The position numbers and the translations under genes were made by a program. Of a stretch of 64,000 bases of DNA, positions 55,205 to 64,000 are shown one piece after another. The notes under the pieces are model-generated. The model saw nothing but the letters and a program-made list of their open reading frames with translations, searched no databases and had not been told where the DNA came from. The stretch lies in contig OX597816.1 in the NCBI GenBank assembly GCA_951406725.2, forward strand, positions 146,878,001 through 146,942,000. Reading direction: 5' to 3'. The DNA is from Octopus vulgaris (taxonomy: Eukaryota). Numbering within the stretch: position 1 is the stretch's first letter; the number at the start of each line of letters is the position of its first letter.

Positions 55205-58200
55205 AGTCTGTTTGTGGGTGTGTGTGTGAGTGTATGTTTATATAACAGAAATAAGTTTCAAAAGGAAAATAGAAACTACACGTGGAAAAGATATGGGGAA
55301 AGTAAGAAGAAAAAAAGCGAAAATGCACAATTAATATCTAAAAAATATTTCACCTCGTTTAAAGTGAAACTCCGTTAAGCCGACATCATTTTTTAAACTT
55401 TTGGTTCCGTTCTTAATGGATAAATGAGTTCGGTTGCGTTTTGCTCTTGATAATTTTGAGCGAGCCTAAAATTTTGTTCATTGTTTTATCTCCTGTGAGA
55501 ATGGGTAGATTTTGGGTGAGAACGGTTTGAATTTGAATATTTTTCACAATTCAAAATAATGAATTTATTTCTTCTTAATTCTGCCTCGGTTTATCTAATT
55601 GTATTTATTTATCGCTACTTTTCATTAAAAAGCCTTTCGTTTTTTTGTATTTAATGTGCATATTTGCTTCTTATTTTCCCCATATATGTATATATAAATG
55701 TAAGATCCAAGTATCGAGGTGTAGGAAGAAAGTGAGCTTCAAGAAATCTGCAGAAAGAATATTTTAAAAAAACAACTTTCAGGAAAATTAGTGGTCTGCT
55801 GGAACTGAAAGTTGTGAACATTTCCTTATCGAAGTACGATACACTGAAATAATTATTTTATATTTTACGATTGGCAGCCAGGGATGCCGGTATGCGAATA
55901 AAAATCCAAGAGTTAAGGAATTGAATCCTCCGTGTATTAACATAAGCCTTCTAACGACAAAGTAAACTTCGCATAATCAAGATAACCTTGACTTGAATAG
56001 TAGCCTGTGGTATACACCTCGCTTGGATATTTACTACATATGTAGCCCAGATTTTACCTACTCTATTCCGTAACTGTCTCGCTCTTTTCTTTCTTTCTCT
56101 CTCTCTGTCTCTTTCTCTCTCTCTCTCAATATATGCATACATACATACATTCGTACATACATACTTACATACATACAGGCATACATAAATGCATACATAC
56201 ATTAGTGTATGTGCCTTTAAATACACTTCCAACCCCACAGACATATGCGCAAAAAATGAAACAGGTGTGTGTGTGTGTTTGTCTATGCGTATAAGGGAAC
56301 AGCAGGGGCAATTTAAAACAAAGGCCAAATTACTGAGGGAATGAACGCAGGGATGATCATTTTTCTTTTTCTACTGTCTCTGATTCACATCGTATGGCAT
56401 GCTGAATGATATTTAGTTATATCATGAAATACTTTATACTTCTTACACATCGTATATAATTTATATTGACACTTTAATGGAAATCTTCGCTTCCATACAA
56501 AATAACTTGTTTCCACAGACTGATTTAATGTTCAATAGCTGATATCAACTGCATTTGATCAGCGATGAGTGAACGTCTCGCTGAAGTAGTTGTTTTTCAC
56601 TCTAATGATTTATCACAATATTTTACTCTACTTTTCTCTGTTCATTTTGTGTGTTATTTGTTTCAATTGTTTATTTAATTGTTCTTTAAATTATTATTTC
56701 TGTAGTTTTTTATTCTAATCTGTTATCAAGACACATATAGGACGAGACATAACCTATTCTATTTTAATACCATATGTATCAGTCTGTTTATTAAATCTCT
56801 AATATTATTTTCATACATTCAACCCCCTTTTGTTGAATGAAGCAAAGAAAATGAGGAAGAGGTGAGAATCTGAGAGAGACATAGGCCCAGACAATTTTTT
56901 TAAAAAATAACAACAGTAAAACTATAGAGCTTTATCTCAGTGTATCAGACAAAATCATTTGCTTGAAGGTACAAGATATATGCTTAGTAAAACTACTTGT
57001 GATACAATATCAACAACGTATTCATTTGATTAATTTTTTGTCTGCGGATTTGTTGTCACTGCTCATATAAAGCGAAGAAAAACTATATAAAACTATATAT
57101 GCAAAGAAAACAAATAATATAATATGGAACTTAGTGATGTTTGTATCCTCCCCAAATAATACATGTTTACAAAATATTTCTGCCCGAAATGCCAAAACAT
57201 ATCCCAATTCACAAAACAACCAGTTTTATTGCACAAAATAGTGAACATTGAGATGTGACTGATTTCGCTTCACAACATGAAAATTTCAACTCTACGGTTG
57301 AATAGTATACTTAAACTAATATATTATATCCATTGGTCAAAAATATATTGGTCTTCTATCTATTTAAATAATACTTATTAATCATAGATTCATAGACAAT
57401 CTTATATTGCTATTCCAAATTAAATCTGTGAATGGACAGGACACCTGCATGAAGATATGGACTAAAGAATAAAGTCTTATTCCACCGAGCATATATCTCT
57501 GGAGTTGGTGATCCGCACAAATCCAACCATATTTCCCTTTGAAGCTAATTGCAAGATTCCTTTAAGAGTTACTGGCTAGTGTAATTTACCATCGTCACTC
57601 TCTCGGACACCAATAGCGTTTTCTCACTGTCGAAATATATCAACACAGGTAAGAGATTTGCTTCCTGCAGAGTGGTAGTTCGAAATAAAAAAAAATAAAC
57701 ATTAGCCCTCAATTCTAAGGTGCAAAGTAGCAGATGATTTTCCTTTAGTCGTTGACTGCAATGAGAAATTATGTTGTACAACAGTGGTTTACCTAATATA
57801 AAGATGCCTCGTGACTTCCCAGGGATTCCAAGTAAGTTATGTATCAGCAAACCTGCATCTGCTAGAGAACATGCTCCACTCCCACAACCATTTTTACGAA
57901 AAGAATGTGAAAAATAGAAGTTCATTAAATATGACTGTTGTGATATGTAGATCAGCCTCACTTTCTAAATCTAACATTGGAAAGGTTAGATAATCAATAG
58001 AACGTTAAGTTAATCGATTATTTTGATATTTGTAATACTGCCTTAAACTAAAATACTTAATTCAAGCAAAATTTGCACCAAAATGAAATTTCTATTTACA
58101 TTATTCCTTAAGACCTCTATTGAAAATGAATTTTCTTGTAGGTTTATTTACATTTGCTATTACATTGTAAATAATACTTTCTGAATTTAACATATTTCAA

Positions 58201-58940
58201 ATCTAAACTATCAAATTAAGATATTAGTTTGTCAAATTAATAGGAAAATGATCGTAGAGTATAATTATTATAACTGCGAAATGAAATAATTTACATTGAA
58301 TAATAGCTGAAGGACTAGATTTTAAAAGCAATGAATCTACTTCGGATTATCTCAATGAATCCCATACTAAATGTAGAATCTGTAAACTTCCTTCGGTATG
58401 TACCCCCATGGATATATTTTGTATTGGCTCTTTTCATATGATCATACAGTTATGCATCTATATCAAACACCATAAAATATGAATTCTTGATTTCTTAAAA
58501 TTATCGACGTATCTAAAGGTATTTCAGACCAGCTCCGTATTGAATGGGAAGATAAACTAAGGAACAAAAAATAACCAAATTTGACACGCCATTAATGAAA
58601 GAAAACCTCTGCAGCCAGTTTTCTCTGGCTGCAGAGAAGAGGATTCTCGTGAACAGGCGTTTCTGACTCAACAGACCTTCAACAAAATATTTGTCCTGCA
58701 TTATCTCCAATAGCCAAAGGACACTGTCATGTACATAAAACCGGAGGACACATTTCTAGATTTGCAATTTGTATAGAACTTTTGGCGCGATAAATATAAA
58801 CTATGAAAAACATAGATTATAAATATCAGCTAGGCGGTTTCGGACTTAGTCCAACAGTATAGGACATTAAAAAATGTATTCCACTATAACACTGAGCGCA
58901 CCTCTGTGTTGGAGAGTCATGTGTGTATATACATCCTATG

Positions 58941-58985
<45 letters not shown>

Positions 58986-59028
58986 AAACAAGTCAAAATA
59001 GAAAATGCTAAAATAATTTTATAAAGAA

Positions 59029-59076
59029 CATTTCAGTACCGGTTTCGGTCATTTTGAGACCTTTTCAACTGTAACG
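59029..59076 (-). ncRNA. Minimal type I hammerhead ribozyme motif, U3-A8 core variant
   Basis: CGUUACAG-UUGAAAA-GGUC(UCAAAAU)GACC-GAA-ACCGGU-A-CUGAAAUG: stem I 7/8 bp, stem II 4 bp, palindromic stem III, GUA cleavage triplet. Confidence 0.65.
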
Positions 59077-59557
59077 ATTAAATAACTAAATTTAGAAAAA
59101 TTAGAAGAAACGTTTTTTTAAAGGAATATTTGTATAGTGTTCAGATATAAGTGGCATTCTGCCTTTCTCTGACTCCCTTGTTTGCACTTGTGTGTTCGAG
59201 GTATATATATCTATATATGTGTGTGTGTGTGTGTGAGAAAGATACACTCGAACACATATATATCTATGTATATATGTATATACACGCACACACATACACA
59301 TAAACATATGTCTGTATGTTTGTCCGTGTGTGCCTGTGTGTGTATATACACTCTACGTAGTTCAATGTCCGACAGCTTTCAAATTTCATTCCTCGTGTCA
59401 TTTCATAATATATAAGAGCAAATACTTTTAAAATCACAGCGAATACCATACAAAGACACATTCATCATAAAAATATTAATCTAAAAACAAATAAAATATA
59501 AATTGAACAATAAAAATTAATACAATAATATAATGTATAAAAGTAAGTACTTGTACA

Positions 59558-59678
59558 TCGACTACGCGCGTTTCATGGCTGAATTAGGACTATATAAAAT
59601 CATACAAGCAAACCATATCAAAGTTCATTAGAACGGGGAAATTATTTTATTCCTAACAGCAGTCAATCGTCAGGTCAA
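59558..59678 (-). ncRNA. Type I hammerhead ribozyme motif with canonical core and extended stem II
   Basis: UUGAC-CUGACGA-[UUGACUG..UUAGGA ... UCCUAA..CAGCCAU]-GAA-ACGCGCGU-A-GUCGA. Confidence 0.6.
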
Positions 59679-60149
59679 ATTCCTAAAAAACCTAAAACCT
59701 AAAAGTTTAACTTACCTCATAATATGATAAGGAATGAAAAAAGAAATAAGGAATAAAAATATATTTATAAAGAAACAAAACCTTTAATGTAATCCCTAAG
59801 TTAAAGACATTAATATTATTTAAAGTTACGAACTAAAATATTCAAAAAGAGTTTGATTGTGAACATGATTAATTCATTGTGGAGAAGGTAAATAAATGTA
59901 AATACGTGTTAGTGTATAAAGTTAACTATGTCGATATTGTTCAGAAAAAAAAAATTAAAAACATGACTTATCTGCCGGCGAATTACTGTAGATCCTACAG
60001 TGCGAAGTGGTGGGGTCGGAGTGGAGTCGCCAGAAGGCTCGGAGAATGGTGTGTTGAAAAGGTAGGGTGGTGGGTGGTAGGTGAGGGGAAACGGGAGAGG
60101 GAGACGGTGGGGCGAGGGCGGGGAGAGAGAGCAGATACACGATCTGCGT

Positions 60150-60448
60150 AACGAGCTCTAGCAAGGGCGGTGTGGATAGTGGTGTGGGGATATCCACGTA
60201 GGATGAAGTGGCGATTTGAGACTGAGTCTCAAAGTCATGGTCGTCACATCAGAGAATGTGTAGACGGAGGAATTGGGAATAGGGGATGGAAAGCTTAGTG
60301 TGTTTATGGTAGGAGGGGAGAAGTTGAGGTATGAGCGTGAGTCTCTGTGTTTGTAGTGGATGGAGGTGGTGAGAGTGGAGTGATGAATGCTGACCGAAAT
60401 GTCAAGAAACAAGACAGAGGTGTCAGAGACAGTGCAAGAAAAACGTAC
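60150..60448 (-). pseudogene. Penelope-like element reverse transcriptase C-terminal fragment
   Basis: FSCTVSDTSVLFLDISVSI...TTSIHYK..DSRSYLNFS, then after a frameshift HTKLSIPYSQFLRL, typical of the PLE RT thumb region. Confidence 0.8.
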
Positions 60449-60628
60449 CTCTGCGTGATTGTGTTTGTGATTGTGTGTATGCATGTATGTAACAACCACG
60501 CATCTCACTCTACATATTAAAGTTAAATGAGATAAAAAATATTTTCAAATATGTGGTGACATTACCTCATGCAGTGTATGTCTATCGCTCTGTACAATAT
60601 ACTCACATACTCCTGCAAACACACACAC

Positions 60629-60665
<37 letters not shown>

Positions 60666-60830
60666 TACGCAAGCATATATATGTGTCCGTATTGGTTTAG
60701 AGGATGTTGGTTTGTGTGTGTGTATATGTGCTTGCCAGTTACTTTATGCCTACAACCAGTTCAGCAATTTACAGAGCTAATTACATATTGATGAGAAACG
60801 TGAATACACATACACACACATACACTCACT

Positions 60831-60923
<93 letters not shown>

Positions 60924-61031
60924 CTCGAAACATTTGCATCTCATACGACCTTATTTTACATTCACGAAATAAGTTCAAAGTACTATCCTTCGATATAGAT
61001 GTTGCAGATTAATATTCTCTTTTGTGATGGA

Positions 61032-61452
61032 AGGCGATGAGCTAACAGAGTCATTAGAATGCTGAGCAAAATACATAGTGGCTTTTCGTCCGTCTTTACG
61101 TCTGAGTTGAAATTCCACCGAGGTCGACTTTACCTTTCTTCATTTTGGGGGCGAATAAAATAAGTGCCAGTTGAGCTTCGCGGGTTGATGAAATTGACTT
61201 CCCTTGACCCCAGCTTGCTTGCTATGTGCCAGAAATTTGTGGTAAGGGGAAGTCTTTTGGGATTTAGTGCGGTGAAGTGGCAAAGTGCTTAGCGTCATTT
61301 TGTTCTACTTTACGCCCGGTTTCAAATTCTGCCGAGGTCTACATTACCTATCGTTCCTTCAGGTCGATAAAATACTTACCAGTTGGACACTTAGAACGAT
61401 GTAATCGACTTACCCCCTCCTTCGAAAGTGCTTCCAAAATTTGAAGCCAATA
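61032..61452 (+). mobile_element. Two tandem diverged SINE family B copies
   Basis: The gaggtc(g/t)ac(t/a)ttacct...gataaaata core occurs twice (about 61120 and 61335). Confidence 0.75.
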
Positions 61453-62754
61453 TATCTTTGGGTTGTGTTACTCTTATTTCAAACGCATGAAAATTTGCAT
61501 ACCCATAACTTGAAAACATGATTTCAAATCTCTGTTTTGTAACATATTTATTTATATTTGCTATCATTGATTTATTGTCCTAGGTGAATATTACTCAAAC
61601 TGAATTTCCTGGTGATTATTAGATAGAATAACCAGAACTGTTGTAACCAGAACTTGCCTGTTATTGATTAATATAAATATGTTAAGTAAGAAAGATAAGC
61701 GACATGGTTGTGCCGAAATTATTCCTCTTGTTAATGATTTGTTTAGTAATTAAATGAAGATACAGGCTGCACCACCAACTAACTTTGCAAATTACCTTAT
61801 GAAAGTGGGTCTTCTGCTGATGCTCTTGAATTATAAATCAATGTCTGCCGGAAAATCTGGAGGAACAAGTTAATTGAGAGAATTGTGAATTTGGAGGATT
61901 AGACCAACAGCTGGTTGGAACACAGTAACGGAGAACAGAAAGTAGTGAGAAATGAAGGTAGTCGGGGACTGTCCTGTTAAAAGGAATACGCAATGAACTA
62001 ATTTAGAAAACTATTGGTGTCGATAAGTGATGCAAAAGTACAAAGCACTTCTATCAGCTGGTAGTTGTACCTGTTAAAGAACCGTCAGTAAGTGCCTTTG
62101 TATGCTTGACTCTAAATTATACGCACATGTATAGAAATTAGCATATCCATTCATGTAAAATTTTTACGCCGTATTATACATTTCTTTTTTTGGCTAATAC
62201 AAACTTGTTTATATATAACGGGGCTTCTTTTCAAAGTCATCGCATATCAATATAATCAACAAAGTACCACTACTGGAGTGTGTGTCATAAAATGTCTATC
62301 AACGTCATGCTGCTGCGTCAGTAATTAATCAAGGCTGAAATATTTGCTCCTGTTAAAGAGAAATTCTCACTTTTTAGATACAGATATACTGTTGATATAA
62401 CACTATAACCATTACTGAGTGGACGTAGTTTGGCTCAATAGTCAAGAAGATATTTTTACAGTAATAAGATCCAATAATCGATCCTACGAAAGTCGTTTAC
62501 CATAGCTTAGTGTCAGCTTAGATTTGTGAGAGAAACAAGGTAGGTAGAGGGTGTATACAATGCCATCGATTGGTTTCGACCCACAATTCAAAGATGTAAC
62601 TTTGTAAAACACTGTGTTAATCTATTTGAGGGTTACGTATCTGTGGAATGCTCAGCCAATCACCTGTTAATTCAGTGAACAGATAGTTCAGTCGATAGAA
62701 TAAATCGATCCGTATCACCAAAACTAAGAGTTATCCATTTATGACGATTACATT

Positions 62755-62952
62755 GACCCCCAGTGCTCAACTAGTCCTTATTTTATCGAATACGAAAGTA
62801 TTAAAGCTAGCTAAGTCAACCTCGGCGAAATTTGAATGCAGAACGGATGAAAGGCAAAGTCGACCTCGGCGGAGTTTGAACTCAGAACATAAAGACAGAC
62901 GAAATACAGAGATGCATTTTGCCCGGCGTGTAAATGATTGTGCTGGCTCGTT
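62755..62952 (-). mobile_element. SINE family B copy, head-to-head with 62992-63210
   Basis: Reverse-complement match to the adjacent copy. Confidence 0.8.
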
Positions 62953-62991
62953 GCATTGGTTCAATTTACTATCTATATTGAATTTAACCAA

Positions 62992-63210
62992 GACGGGGAG
63001 CTGACAGAAACGTTAGCTCGGCGGGCGAAATTCTTAGCTGTATTTCGTCTGTCTTTATGTTCAGAGTTCAAACTCCGCCGAGGTCGACTTTGCCTTTCAT
63101 CCTTTCGGGGTCGATAAATTAAGTACCAGTTGCGTACTAGGGTCGATTTAATTGACTGGTACCTCTCCCCCAAAATTTTGTGCCTTGTGCCTAGAGTAGA
63201 AAAGAATATT
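62992..63210 (+). mobile_element. tRNA-derived SINE, family B (near-complete)
   Basis: GAGCTGACAGAAACGTTAGC head, GAGTTCAAACTCC B-box-like motif, GCCTTTCATCCTTTCGGGGTCGATAAATTAAGTACCAG body. Confidence 0.85.
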
Positions 63211-64000
63211 GAATTTATCTGATACTTATTAATCATTGTGCTTGATATATATTTTAACAGCATGCTTTGTAAGGATAAGGAAATAAATGATAAAACCCAA
63301 ACAATATCATAACAAACGACGTTTCTATTCTATTATTATTCTCTAAAGCACAATGCACAAGCTAGCACGCGAGAGCGCACGAGTGCGCGCCTACGTATTC
63401 TGCATCCGCATAGACTCTGTGCTTAAAAGTCTCTTCTTCAATTTTTGTTGCTCAGATCCCTGCTTATGTTGTCGCAAAATAGGATCGAATTTGTGATAAC
63501 GCATTTCTGAAGGAAACCATTTAACTACAGGTTCAAATTATATACACATAGATAGATGTTTGGCTGTGTGTAAGTACGTGTACGTGTAAGTGCGCGCGCG
63601 GCTGTGTGTGTTTGCGCGCGTTTGTGTGTCTATCTGTGTGCGTGTGCGCGCTTATGTGTGTGCGTGCGTGTATATGTTTTTGCGTGTGTATATGAATGTT
63701 TTGTGGAATGATATTTGTGAATGTGAGAATAATGCAAGTAGAAATTTTGTGTACGAATTTACATCTTTCTATGAAAGAAAATTGAAGTTGAATGAATATA
63801 TCTTTGAAATACATGCGGATTAAGATAAGCATCCTATTAAATTAAGAAAAGAAAACTTACAAGTTGATGATAAGCAAGCATTAAATAAATTTATAAAATA
63901 CAAAAATAATTAAATTTTAAAAAATCAATAATATACAAAGAATTAGTTAAAAGTAAAATAAAAAGTCTCCACAAATTTATACATGTATAATGCCTGAAAT

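Overview
This is AT-rich, microsatellite-saturated animal genomic DNA. The repeat content resembles an octopus (coleoid cephalopod) genome; that assignment is an inference. No host protein-coding gene can be confidently called, and almost every short ORF in the track is a translated (TA)n, (CA)n or (TATC)n repeat. The main feature is an apparently full-length, intact ~4.9 kb non-LTR retrotransposon on the minus strand (~31149-36038). Its ORF2 is a CR1/L2-group APE endonuclease plus reverse transcriptase. Its ORF1 is unusual: a Myb/SANT-like (trihelix) N-terminus and an array of CCCH zinc fingers. The two ORFs are joined by what looks like a -1 ribosomal frameshift cassette (U UUU UUA, 8-nt spacer, stem-loop), sitting exactly where the ORF2 frame opens. 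A second theme is small, probably Penelope-derived repeats carrying minimal type I hammerhead-ribozyme motifs, including a 179-bp tandem pair, a U3-A8 core variant and a long-stem-II variant, plus several long inverted repeats. The rest is tRNA-derived SINEs, non-autonomous Helitron-like elements, and decayed R4/Dong-like, Penelope and Tc1/mariner fragments. All motifs were read by eye; nothing was aligned, folded or searched computationally.
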